A stretch of DNA of 64,000 nucleotides, taken from positions 27,714,001 through 27,778,000 of the forward strand of contig CM022670.1 in the NCBI GenBank assembly GCA_012295275.1, given 5' to 3'. Origin of the DNA: Chrysomallon squamiferum (lineage: Eukaryota; Animalia; Mollusca). Shown here piece by piece: positions 1 through 11,600 of this stretch (positions are counted from its first letter, which is position 1; the number at the start of each line of letters is the position of its first letter). The notes beneath the pieces are model-generated. The model had not been told where the DNA came from and did no database searches. It worked only from the letters and a program-made list of their open reading frames with translations. The translations under genes were made by a program, and so were the position numbers.

Positions 1-167
1 TAAATAGTGCCATAACTGTTCAATGGTGGAATTAATTGTAACTTAATGGTTAAAAGAATGCCAAAACTTTTCATGTCCATGGGAAGGTTAATATATATAC
101 TTTCTTGCTATTATTCCCTATCAGCATTGACATTTGGTTTCTTTTCTTTCTTGAGTTTAAAACTTAC

Positions 168-262
168 TCTTTGCAGTAAGGTGTATTGGTGTTAAACAAA
201 TCATCACTGATCCATTTATTAGTTTCACTGGCAAATCCTGACTTTATCATTTGAAAATAAAT
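168..262 (-). CDS. Candidate coding exon (95 nt) of an unidentified minus-strand gene
   Basis: Minus strand reads gcaatctttctttcAG|ATTTATTTTCAAATG...TACTGCAAAGA|GTAAGT: pyrimidine tract plus CAG acceptor and a consensus donor. Only one frame is open (IYFQMIKSGFASETNKWISDDLFNTNTPYCK). The protein is not recognised. Confidence 0.4.
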
Positions 263-2172
263 CTGAAAGAAAGATTGCAGTGATCTTGAATTGGTAAAAT
301 ATTTTATTAAGAACTATTGGCAGAAGTGAGATTTATTGAATAAACTTCATTTTATGCATCATCAGACACCATTATAAACTTTCAGGCCAGTGGTAATATT
401 TGTTTTTAGAAAAACAGTCTGTTTCTTTAATTTATTTTCAAACATATTTTTTGCCCAAATATTTTAATTTGAGCCAAGTAATGATTATTAAAGAAACTGT
501 GTTAAAAAAAAAAAATTAATTCCTTTCTGATGTATTTTATTAATATTCCATGGCAAAATTAACTACTGAGAACAGATATAACAATATTTTATAATGTTCT
601 TCGCTTTCTTCTGTCCAAAAAAGCTGAGGTATCGGCAGTGTCAAAAATACTCAAGCTACACAGAAAATGACTTTTAGGGCTCAGTCTTGACAAAATTATG
701 AGAACATAAGCCAGTCTGTTAGATTTGTTCATTTCTGGTATTTTACTGCATAGGTGTTGAAAGATCCTGTACAAAAATACCAGACATCTTCAATTCTCTG
801 TTTGAAATTGAGTTTATTTGGTCACATTATTGAGTTTGTCAATTGCCTGTAAGGTCCAAATGTCCTGCAGTTTCCGATGTAATGTAATAAGGGTTGTCTG
901 GTAAACAGTATTTTGCATGTTAGTGAGGATTGGTAGCCTGAAAGGAGAACTGAGTGGGCCATTTTCACAGATAGGAAAATAGATCTTCTTAGTTGGTGTC
1001 AGCAATTTCTGTAATGTGAACTAAAACACGTCTTTGTTTGACTTTACTTAACAAAGATAAAACTGGTTTAATTTTATTTTGTAAATATTTATAAATGAAT
1101 AAAATTATTAAGCAACAAAAGAAGCATCATTTCTGGGTTTCAAGAGGTTGATTAAGAAATGAATTAAATTAGTCATAGTTAAAAATAATTGAAAAACTGT
1201 TATTTTTAACACTAGCTATTGAGGAAATAAATTAATATTTCACTTTATTCATAAAACAAAAAGTGAATGCTATCATTTTTGTACTATGGTGTAAGAAATA
1301 AAGATACTGTGTTTCAAACGTGAAACCAACCCAAAATGAAAATTCAATTTTTAAAGATTCTTCAGTACAAAAACAATATAATTCAAACCCTTCCAAACTA
1401 TGCAGCTGATTTAACTTCAATACATACTGTCTGTCATAATATCCAGTTTAATATTCATTTTTGTATCCAGTAAGAACAAATAAAGTAAAAAGTTTTTCAA
1501 ATCTGAACATTAGTCACTGTTACCCATCACATTTCAAACACTTATTTTCATTAACGATACAATATATATCAATATTATAAAGAACTTTAAAGTGAAAAGG
1601 AAAATAAATTGTTTTATTTATTACCTGATAGTGACAGCTTGTGATAAATAATTTATTTAGATATATATATATTTATTTATTATTATATTTTTGTTTGTAT
1701 GCATGTCAAAATAGAAGAAATTCACATTATTACATTACTGGACCATTTTCGTAGTTCTGGTCTTAATACCAAGGGGTCACTGATTGAAAACTAACACCAG
1801 GGTCACTTTAAAAAATCAATATCAAACCAGATCACCTGTACTTAAGGAATTATCCAGCTTCAAGACCTGTCCTTGATATGATCTTTGAGTGGGTTTTTAG
1901 GTGGCAGATATTATGATGATCAAAACAGCATGCAAACATTTTTCTTTTTTAATTCAAAATAATTCATTACTTTGCAGAATGATAATGACAAAATAAAATT
2001 GAAATAAACTAAAGACATTTGCTTGCTTTAATAATAGTAGACATATTTTCTAATAATATTGTAACTGGTTGATTTAGATTCTTTGTGTGGCATGATTTAT
2101 TTATATTATTAATTTTAAAATAAATAAGCTAATAATATTAATTTTAAGAAACTATCAATTCAGACCTGTCAT

Positions 2173-2605
2173 CAGGGCCGGCACCAGACCATATGGCGCC
2201 ATAGGCAAGGTTAGATTCTGGCGTCCCTGGGAAAATATCAATTTCAAAATTTATAAGCATAGGCAATTTCTTTCCTTTTTTATACTGTTAAAATAAGGAG
2301 TTACTGCCCTCAATTTGGTTTCCGCGGGAAACTGAAGGTTTCGTATACGCATAATTCTACGGCCTATAAAAACTCGCAAACATAATTACGTCTTGAAAGT
2401 TTCATGTACGCGCGATTTTCAATCACTAATTTTGTTTGTTTCGGTCTACCCGATTATTTGTCCCTGTATGAAATAAAACAACCATCGATAAGACTGAAAT
2501 TTATGTATTAATTTTTCAAAACTGTTGCTGATTTGGAGAAATACACCCCTGAAATCAGCGCCCTAGGCATATGCCTAGTTTGCCAGTATGGTAGCGCCGG
2601 CCCTG
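2173..2605. mobile_element. Non-autonomous hAT-superfamily DNA transposon (MITE, 433 bp), Tip100-like termini
   Basis: TIRs CAGGGCCGGCAC... / ...GCGCCGGCCCTG (11 of 12 match). Flanked by an imperfect 8-bp TSD, CCTGTCAT (2165-2172) and CCTATCCT (2606-2613). Subterminal palindromes TATGGCGCCATA (2192-2203) and CTAGGCATATGCCTAG (2563-2578). CpG-rich relative to flanks; no transposase ORF. Confidence 0.88.
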
Positions 2606-3356
2606 CCTATCCTGAACAAATGCCTAGATTTGTCTAAATGTTTTGAATCTACTTTAGTTTCCCCAAATGGAAGATTAATAATTTTTTTACTAAAATTCTG
2701 GGACCATCATTTATATATATATATATTTTATTTTATTTGGGTTTTTTTGTTAGGTCAGTCAACTGACTTATATTTGTATTAAAAAATATCTTAAAATATA
2801 AAATTAATGACAATTTTTATATAGATGAATTTATTAATAATGATATTTTTTACGTTTTGTTAATATCTTTAAGCAATATTAATTTTACAGAGAGACAGAG
2901 ATGTAATTAAATGAAATGAAAATTTTGTCACCTCATAATTAAAACTGATGGAAAGACTGTTTCTTTTGGGTGAGTCATCTGTTTAATAAAACATAATTTA
3001 AACTAATCTCAACTTCTTTGTTTCTTTCTTTCTTTCTTTTTATTTCACTGATCTCAAATTGTCTTTGTTTGCAGTTTTTCCAAGACAACAGTGACAGTTT
3101 GAAGAATTGTCATTTGCGTTAATCAGAGCTTCTGGGCATTTAAATGTTAATTTGAATTTCTGATTATTTTCAATGTTATTTCACAAAGTGTGTGTGTGGG
3201 GAATAATAATAATAACAATAGTAATAATTTTTAAAATATATAATAATAATAACGAAGGTTATAATTTTTAAAAACGTGTATAGGTCTCAGCATATTTCAT
3301 AAAAGAATGAATTATTGGAGTTATTTTTTGGAGGCACATTTGATTAATAAAATCTG

Positions 3357-3374
3357 TCTCTCTCTCTCTGTCTT

Positions 3375-3408
<34 letters not shown>
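3357..3408. repeat. Compound microsatellite (TC)n-(TA)n-(CA)n
   Basis: Directly visible. Confidence 0.95.
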
Positions 3409-4576
3409 AAAAACATTTACTATGTATGATCTCAAAAGAAAAAAAACCCATTGATTATATCTAGTGTAATTCATTTAGAATTTGTGAAGTATAGAAGTTA
3501 CAATTTTGGTTTAAGTTATGAATTACTAAACAAGCCTTTAAAAGTGGAAGAGGTTTATACATAGCAAATATGTTATCTTCAGAAAATATAAAATTATTTT
3601 AAGAAGGAAATAAGTAATAGTTATAGTAGAAATATCAGGCACAGCCATTTCAGCTTAAGTCACTCCATCCACATCAACAATTCGAATAAAATTGAATTCT
3701 GTGAGAAACTGATTATTAATTTTATTTGGCGTCTCGTAAAATCCAATATTTGCTTCCTTTCAGTTAATACAAATAAAGTAATTATTCGCCAGAGAACTGT
3801 ATTTTGTAAAACTTGATTATTTATAACTGCTGAGGTTGTTTGGAATAGAGAACCTAATTTGCGTGATTATCTATGCAGATATCCCGTTACCGTTTTGATT
3901 CAGAGCTACAGCTCTTCCCAAGAAGGAAGCCTACATATTATTTTTATATCAGTTATAAAACGTCTATTATTTGTCATATATATATATATATATTTTTTAA
4001 TTTCACTAATCACTCAATTCTAAATTATATATAACAATTTTTAATTTAATTTATTTTTATTATTATTAAGTTACTTAGTTGTAGTACTGGTTTTTATATA
4101 CTTACTTTACGATCGCCTGATTTTGATTTTGATTATTATTAATTTTTATTTTTTTTGTGATTTTCCCAATGCAGCATATTATTTATTAATTTAAAAAAAA
4201 AATTGTAATTAATAGAAAAGATGACTTTTTCGTTATTCTCTTTTTAAAAGAAAAATTGTTTTCATCAACAATAGATCTGCATGAGTAATAGTTTAAACGC
4301 AAATAAAGCCAAATTATTTAGAATTTTCTTTTATGTGGATATTGGAAAATACTGGTTTCTGTTTTTCCCACGTGACCATTTCAAGAATAACAATAATTAA
4401 CAGTAATAGATGTTCCTTGACCAAAGCGTTTCAATTTAAGCCGCAGCATGAAGCTGTTGTTTTTGTCTTTGCAACGCCACTTATTCCCCGTCAGATTTTC
4501 ATTGCCGTTTTATTCTGTACTAGCAGTTGTCGGTTTCCATGGCAATACCATACTTTTCTTCATTTATAATTTCCAG

Positions 4577-4663
4577 TAGGTTTCTAAAGAATACAAATTT
4601 CTCACCCCCGCATGGACCTAAATGCATGGCGAATCACTTTCGATTTTATGTCAGACTTCTCGC
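4577..4663 (+). other. Candidate first or early exon A of the plus-strand gene (5' boundary uncertain)
   Basis: CpG-rich segment just downstream of the X-box, ending TCGC|GTAAGT. An acceptor-like ttttcttcatttataatttccAG ends at 4576. Confidence 0.4.
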
Positions 4664-5209
4664 GTAAGTTCCTGTTAATAACCTTTTTTACGCGTTGAGT
4701 AATCATATACGAAGTGCAAAATGGAGTTTAGATGCAAATTAAAAGAAGCAAAAAACGAAAGCTTCTGTTATATATATTTTTCATCTTCTTCATGTTAAAT
4801 ATTACATTTATGCATTATGAAAATATTAAATTATAATTCGTCTAGGATCTAGACTCTAACTAATTGTAAATGTGCATATGTTTGTATAAATATAAACTAG
4901 ACTTATAAAAGAAATAATAATTTTAAGCCTCACTGTAATAAATAACTAAACAGTCTATGATATCTGTCTTCCCAGATATGTACAAAATTATGAACATTAT
5001 GTAAATAATGATATTCCAGAATAATAAACCAAATTCATTTTTATTCATTTTTTGTATGATCGTGTCAATTGTCCGTCTCTTTGTGCTTATCTGAATTAAT
5101 AGTTTCTTAGGACAGCATATAAAAATCACATAAAATGTTTTATTGGTTTTTTTGTTTTTCATTTTAATTAAAAACAACAAGAAAAATAATAAATAAATAA
5201 TAATAAAAT

Positions 5210-5762
5210 AATAAATAAATAAAACAAATAAAAGAAAGAATGAAAGAACAAGAGGAGAAAGAAGAAAAGCAAACAAATAAACAAATATTTTAATTTATCT
5301 TTAAATTTTCGATATGTTCTTGATCTTTTTTTTTTTTTTTGCATTCATGTTAAAAATTTTAAACGATGACATTTCCAAATTTTCAAAGTATATTAATTTA
5401 TTCAAGGAAGCATCGGTATTTTCCTTTTACATTTATACTTTTATAACCATGAAGACCAATTGTCATACACCATTTAAAACAACAATAAATAAATAATAAA
5501 TAAAACAAATAAAAGAAAGAATGAAAGAACAAGAGGAGAAAGAAGAAAAGTAACAAATAAACAAATATTAAAATTTATCTTTAACTTTTCGATATGTTCT
5601 TGATCTTTTTGTTTTTTGCATTCAAGTTAAAATTTTCAAACGATGACATTTCCAAATTTTCAAAGTATATTAATTTATTCAAGGAAGCATCGGTATTTTC
5701 CTTTTATATTTATACTTTTATAACCATGAAGACCAATTGTCATACACCATTTAAAACAACAA
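5210..5762. repeat. Recent tandem duplication, two copies of a ~280-bp unit
   Basis: Copy 1 (~5210-5485) and copy 2 (~5491-5762) are nearly identical, differing by a few substitutions and poly-T length. This explains the twin ORFs at 5314 and 5594. Confidence 0.97.
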
Positions 5763-5989
5763 CAGCAACAATAAAAAGAAAAACAAAAAACACATCCCTT
5801 TTGAAAAAGACAAACGATAAATGCTTTTAATGCAAATGAGAATAACTGAATAATCTTTTCTGTTTTAAATAGTCTAAGATTACAGAGTGATTGTCTTTTT
5901 CTTCTATCTTAATGCGGTTTTCCCCCACTTCTTCTATAAAGAATAATTATTGCATAAAATAAGCGACACAAAATAAAACGAAAAATTTA

Positions 5990-6071
5990 ATGTGGGTGCG
6001 CTGTTTTCAAATGGAAAATTAAACAACTGCGGCAGAAAAGAAAGAAGCCGCCATCTGGAGCGTCATTGAGC
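5990..6071 (+). other. Candidate first exon B of the plus-strand gene (start approximate)
   Basis: GC/CpG-rich segment with a YY1-like motif, ending GAGC|GTAAGT and followed by an abrupt switch to AT-rich intron-like DNA. Confidence 0.5.
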
Positions 6072-6457
6072 GTAAGTAAATTTATAAAAAGAAAGACAAA
6101 TAAAATATTACTTTTGGTTATTTCTTATTTATTTTTGTACATTTAAAAAAAAAATAACACAAGGAATAATTTAAAAAGATATATATTGCAATTTTAATTC
6201 AGCTTCTCGAGTCAGTGAACGGCGCAGGGTCATTGCGCAGAGTAATTTTGATTGATTAATTAATTCTTCGATGATAGAAATATTTTTGTTAAATGAAACA
6301 GAAATTATCATTTGAGAATTTAGTGTAATTTGAAAAGCAATTTGTTACGTGAAATCAGTTTCCATTTTTTTTTTTAAATTGTAATTTGTTTTCTTTTTTT
6401 AAACATTGTGAGCCAAAATAAGAACAAATAAGCTGAATTTCAGTTTGAAACAAAATA

Positions 6458-6500
<43 letters not shown>
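6458..6500. repeat. (TAC)14 microsatellite
   Basis: Directly visible. Confidence 0.97.
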
Positions 6501-6505
<5 letters not shown>

Positions 6506-8084
6506 TAATAATAAAATCCAAAACAAACAAAATAAATGAATATTTTTGACAATGGCATGGATCAATGTTTCTTAATTAATGTAATTATATGGAAAGTTAA
6601 GCAGTCTAAAACTTTGAATATATATATATATATATTCATAATAAAATTTTGAGAATAGTTCTTTAATAATGAGGTTCAAACAAATGTTTTTTTACTTTTT
6701 TGATTTTACCATCACAGAAATGAGATTTTTAATTATTATTAGAAATACAAAAACAGCAGTGTATTTTATATTTTGAAACACCTTTAATTTTCATTGCTAT
6801 TTCAGCAAATATAAGAATTATTTTTAAATATTGATATCTTTAAGTCTGTATTTTCTATCCATTTATGTCTTTAGTTTTACTTTTATTATTCATTATATAT
6901 TATTAGTGATGTATAATATTTTTAAAATAACTATAGCTTATTTGATTTTCATAATGAAAATATGGCTCCTTTTTCATTTTGCTGTTGCTGATTTCTGGTT
7001 TGAAAAACAGCTCCTGGCTAAACACCTTCTCAACTCCAACAGGAAGTGTTAAGAGATCTGACTAAGCCTGATTAAGTATTCCCAAAGAACTGCGTGAAAA
7101 ATTGTCTTCACCATCTAGCACAAGTTCTTGAGACGAAGACTCATCTGATCCATACACAATGAATCTCCTGTCAAATAAATTGTAATGGAGTTTCTTGCAG
7201 CCACTATGTTTTCTAACCCTGCTGTGGATCTGTATGCAAGCCGCGTTTTGCCTGTTTGGTACAGTCATATTAAGTACAGAGCAAGCATTTTATTTTAACA
7301 GTGTGCAAAAACTTGTTTGTGAAAATTCATAGAGGCTTTTATTTAACATATATTGACATATGGTCATGGATTACATTTTTTTATTGTAACTGTATAGATT
7401 TACAATTTTATATAATGATTAAGTCTTCATATCATATTTAAGAAAATACAGTTTCAGGTTATGTGCATAATTTAATAGAGACCATTCCTTAAAGCTTGAC
7501 AGTAATGAATATTTCCATAAAATTATTTAGATATTTATTAAATATATCTGATTTTTAAAAGCTATTTTCTGGAAAGAAAAACAAAACAATACTAAAAAAA
7601 AAGTCATTGTCCTTAATATAAGTAATATTTACCAAAAATGTTTAAGATCTAGATTATTGAATGATTTATTGGTACTAAAAACTAATTATTTTGTAATAAA
7701 ATAAAAACAAGGAAGAGAATCTTTTTCAAAATGATTCTAATTATATTACTTAATGTTATAAATCAAGATTTCAAAATATTACATCTTGGCATTCATATGA
7801 AAATGTTTACATAATTCATAGTGAAAGTAGCTTGAAGAAAGCTGATGTTGACAAAGTAAGTTAGGATTTATGATTGTTTAGAATCATGTAGGTTATTTTC
7901 GGTTACTTATTCCTGAAATTTTGATGCAGTAAATGATGTTTGGAATAAAAAATTAACTGCTTTTGGTTTCAAACTATGATAATTTGGTTTCATTTAATAG
8001 AGTAACGGCACTGTCATGTTTCTACTGGTTTTCTTTTGGAATAAGTCATGGTTTGTCAGTTCCATTTTGTTTAATTACTGTGTT

Positions 8085-8280
8085 CAGGTTGAGGATCCTT
8101 TATCTGAAATTTTGAAAACTGAAAATTCCAAAATCTGAAACCTTTTTTTATATAGCCAGTATATATAAACTTAATCTCTTGCACAAACTTATTAAAAATA
8201 TTATTATATAAAAATCCAGGCAAACTTTATAAAAATAAATAGACTTTCCATTTAATAGATCCTATTCTCTGAATACTTTT
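8085..8280 (+). mobile_element. Decayed pogo/Tigger-like (Tigger4/Zombi-like) DNA transposon remnant
   Basis: Starts CAGGTTGAGGATCCTTTATCTGAAA...TTCCAAAATCTGAAAC and continues TGCACAAACTTATTAAAAATATT...CAGGC. Both blocks resemble my recollection of the Tigger4/MER46 terminus and internal segment after CpG-to-TpG decay. No clear right TIR or TA TSD. Confidence 0.5.
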
Positions 8281-10184
8281 TTTTATTCTACATTCCAAGA
8301 CACTTCAAATCAACTGTTTCATGTGATACTTTAGTCATTGTCAGTGCTGCACTACATTATCTTTTTAATTTTTTTTTTTTTAATTTTAAAATTATTATAT
8401 ATATATATATATATATATAGTAATCATATTGATAAATGATTGGCTTTAGAGGAAATCAGTAGTAAAACATTTTATTACCTGATTCCATAAATAGAAACCA
8501 GCTGTAAAACATGGCTTTGATAAACAATTGCCAGATAAAAAACATTTTGCTAAGATAAATGAATAATTAAAAAAAAAAAAAAGAATCACATTTATTCTGC
8601 ATGAGCCTTGTAATGTGAGGATTTGTGATTAAGATCATCACACTGTGTTAATACAATACTGCTGATGGAGTGAATCACGTAAGTTCATAGTCTCACACTT
8701 CTTATGCAGATGAGCCCGTTGCTTAATCTGCTTGCAGAAAGCAAAGGCTTAAAGACAGGTCAGCCTAATAAAATATTGAATTCCTTATTGGTACGCATTG
8801 ATTTGTGTGCACTGGATGACATTTACTTGCGAAGGTTTGAGATTCTTCAGAATTAGTGGATAGGAAAATGTATTGCTTTTGTTACAAGGAAACAAATATT
8901 GTTTAGGAAGATGATAATACATAAAGGACTTCTTTTTTTAAATCTAGTTAAATTTGTAATTGTTTACTTACTGTTACAGGTAACTAAGACTGTACTAACT
9001 TAGTAAAATATTTATGAGAACTGAAAAAAGAAGAAGAAAAGAACAGAAAAAATAGAAAGTGATTTAAAGTGGTGAATACAGTTGATGAAATGTATTGAGT
9101 TTTTAATTTTTATAATTTCTTCTTTTTTCATTTTAAAAAAAAGATACCACCTCAGACTGTAAAAAGAAAATTAAAAAAGTAAATGAAGAAGAAATAGAAG
9201 AATGTCATAAAGATGTTTTCTTACACTAATTTTATTAAATACTTTTCTTTTTATAATTAATACTAAATGCAGCACAAGGTCTAAATACATATTATTTTGA
9301 CTTGTCAACATTTTCACATGTTATGCTCAACAATTGTGTTTTTGCTTGCTACAAATACTTCTGTTGGCAAAATTTTCATGATTTTGCTGATTACAACTAA
9401 GTCCCAAAACATTCTTCTGTAAAAACAAATTGAGAAAATTTAGTTTTATCCTAGCTTAGTGTCCAGGCAGAGAAATGATTTAGTGGCTTGTCAACTTAGA
9501 AGGAATGATTTAAATGTGCATGGAGTGTGACCATAGAAAGAAAATGTATTTGCACGACAGCTTCCTGGATATGTTATTTTACAGATTATGGTAAAGGTTA
9601 AAAGACATTGTGTTGACAGAATTGTCAGTCTTCAGTGCTTGATTGTCAGACTTGATAAAATGTCCTGTTTTCAGCTGTATTAATGGCTGATAGTCACACA
9701 GCTAAAACACTTTTCTTTAATACTCACTTCTAAAAACTCCATCATTTCTAAATTGAAGTGATATAAAATCTTTCTAGACATGCACAAGAGAATGGAGATA
9801 AAATACACTTCATTCTGTTGCTGGTTGATGTTTGATAAAATTATATTTTATAAAATGTGTTTTTTCTTTATTATTTTTTCTAATGTCACAAATAATATAA
9901 AACTTGATCCCAGAATTCTTGCTAAAGATATCCTTCAGTCTGAAGAAAGAAAAAATCCATTCAGTTTGAGAAAGTCTTGTGACGTAAACAAACTTTATCA
10001 TAGAAGATCATACAGTCCAAACCTTCAGGTATCTTACACTCTTTCATAGTAGTTTAGGAATATCTGTTTTTACATTAGCATTTTCAATGTCATAATCTTG
10101 TTTAGAAGCATTTTACATATAATTTTTTTTCTCTATTTAATCTTCCCTATAAAAAAGAGTTAAAAAACAAAACAACAATAACAA

Positions 10185-10330
10185 GAATAAATAAATAAAA
10201 TTAATAATTTAAGAAAGAAAAAAACAACAACAAAAAAACCCCAGAAAAATAGGAATAAATAAAATTAATAATAATTTAAATAAGAAAAAATATAAAAGAA
10301 AAAAAATATACGAATAAATAAAATTATGCT
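10185..10330. repeat. Degenerate A-rich minisatellite, three copies of a ~60-bp unit
   Basis: GAATAAATAA(ATAA)AATTA recurs at about 10186, 10253 and 10312. Confidence 0.6.
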
Positions 10331-10479
10331 GTTCAGTTAAAAACTAGCATTGAAAGTACTCGAGTAGCTTAAGGCTGACTGCAGATTAATAAAAAGACCA
10401 ATTCCACTGCATGCCTCTGTGTCCTCTCCATGCCGCCACAGTGAGCAAAGCATATTGATTGAATGCCAGATCTATCAAG

Positions 10480-10753
10480 TATGTTTGTATCTAGCGAAGC
10501 TGCATCATTGGGTTCTTTCACTAGTCTGATCACTATTGGACAAGCTCGCTTCTTATTGGATAGTCATCTTTCTCGATTCCTGCGAGCCCCCTGCTACGTG
10601 ACAATACATCTACGAGCCCGACAGAAATTCTAAATTGAAAAGGAGGCTGCTGGATTATTATTATGTGGTTGTAAGTTTTGCTGCCGACATTTATTCATTG
10701 CAATTAGAAAAGACGTCTTTTTTTGAAAGAAGAATATTCTCGTTTGCTTTGAG
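10480..10753 (+). promoter_or_regulatory. Candidate alternative promoter and first exon C
   Basis: Local CpG cluster. Three reverse CCAAT boxes (ATTGG at 10507, 10535, 10555) sit immediately upstream of a CpG-rich stretch. Donors GTT|GTAAGT (10671) and GAG|GTAGGC (10754), then T-rich DNA. Confidence 0.55.
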
Positions 10754-11568
10754 GTAGGCTATATAATTTCTTTTTTTTTGTGAAATTAAACTTTTGTTAT
10801 AATAACAGTTTTTTCTTTAATTATTTTAATGAAACATTTAAATGTTGAATAAAATGGATAATATGACAGTTGTCATCAAATCAAGTAAGTAGATTTATTT
10901 TAGAAAACTTTTTTTTAAAAGTCATGAAACAAATTATTGTCTTTTCCATTTAGTTAGAAGAAATAGTTTTAAATATAACATGTTTTTTGTAAAATATCTT
11001 ACAATCATTTTTGTAAAAAAAAAAGGCTTCAGTTTTATTTTACAACCATATACAAATAAGGAATTGTAGATTATACTTTTATCCAGCATTAATTTTACTT
11101 TATCAATGAATTTATTGATTTATTCATAAGATTTTAAAATATAATTTATGATAAAATATAAAAAAGACCCTGAAATTGGATTTATCCTTTTATGTAGTTA
11201 TCAATTGAGTATTTTCATTATTATCCTTTCCACCTCAAAACTGCACTTCTATTAAGGTCTATGCACACTTTAAGTTTAATTTCTGTGAACATTTTTTAAA
11301 AGCTTAATATCCTATAAATATTATAAAAAATTATCTGTTTCTAGTCATTTTTTAAAGATAAAATTCATACAGTGGAGTTAGATCCGTTTCTGGGAACTTG
11401 CAAGGACTGCCAGTTTGTTAGTGTCACATGAATAGTTCTTGTATTTTGTAATTTATTTAGTATTTCACAAAATAAATGTGAAAGAAATTTGAATTTACAA
11501 ATGTACAATTTTTTAAAGTATTCTTCCATTTAGCACCTTTCAATTATTAATGTAATATATAGAAGAAG

Positions 11569-11600
<32 letters not shown>

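Larger units (their letters stand above)
3640..6350. promoter_or_regulatory. CpG-retaining (putatively unmethylated) promoter zone, probably bidirectional
   Basis: CpG is common here and rare in the flanks. Contains E-box CACGTGAC (4370-4377), RFX X-box-like GTTTCCATGGCAAT (4533-4546) and YY1-like GCCGCCATCT (6047-6056). Outward-facing donors: minus-strand GTAAGT at 4105-4100, plus-strand GTAAGT at 4664 and 6072. Confidence 0.65.

Noticed and set aside
5314-5830. Twin paralogous ORFs (MFLIF...)
   Set aside because: They are a by-product of the 280-bp tandem duplication and are low in complexity.
6019-6054. Minus-strand ATGGCGGC as a gene start
   Set aside because: The frame closes after 11 codons (MAASFFSAAVV*), so it is read as a YY1-like motif instead.
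11569-11596. Long poly(A) tracts (also ~24885, ~55376, ~61229) as retroposon tails
   Set aside because: No shared upstream body or TSDs; slippage in AT-rich blocks explains them better.
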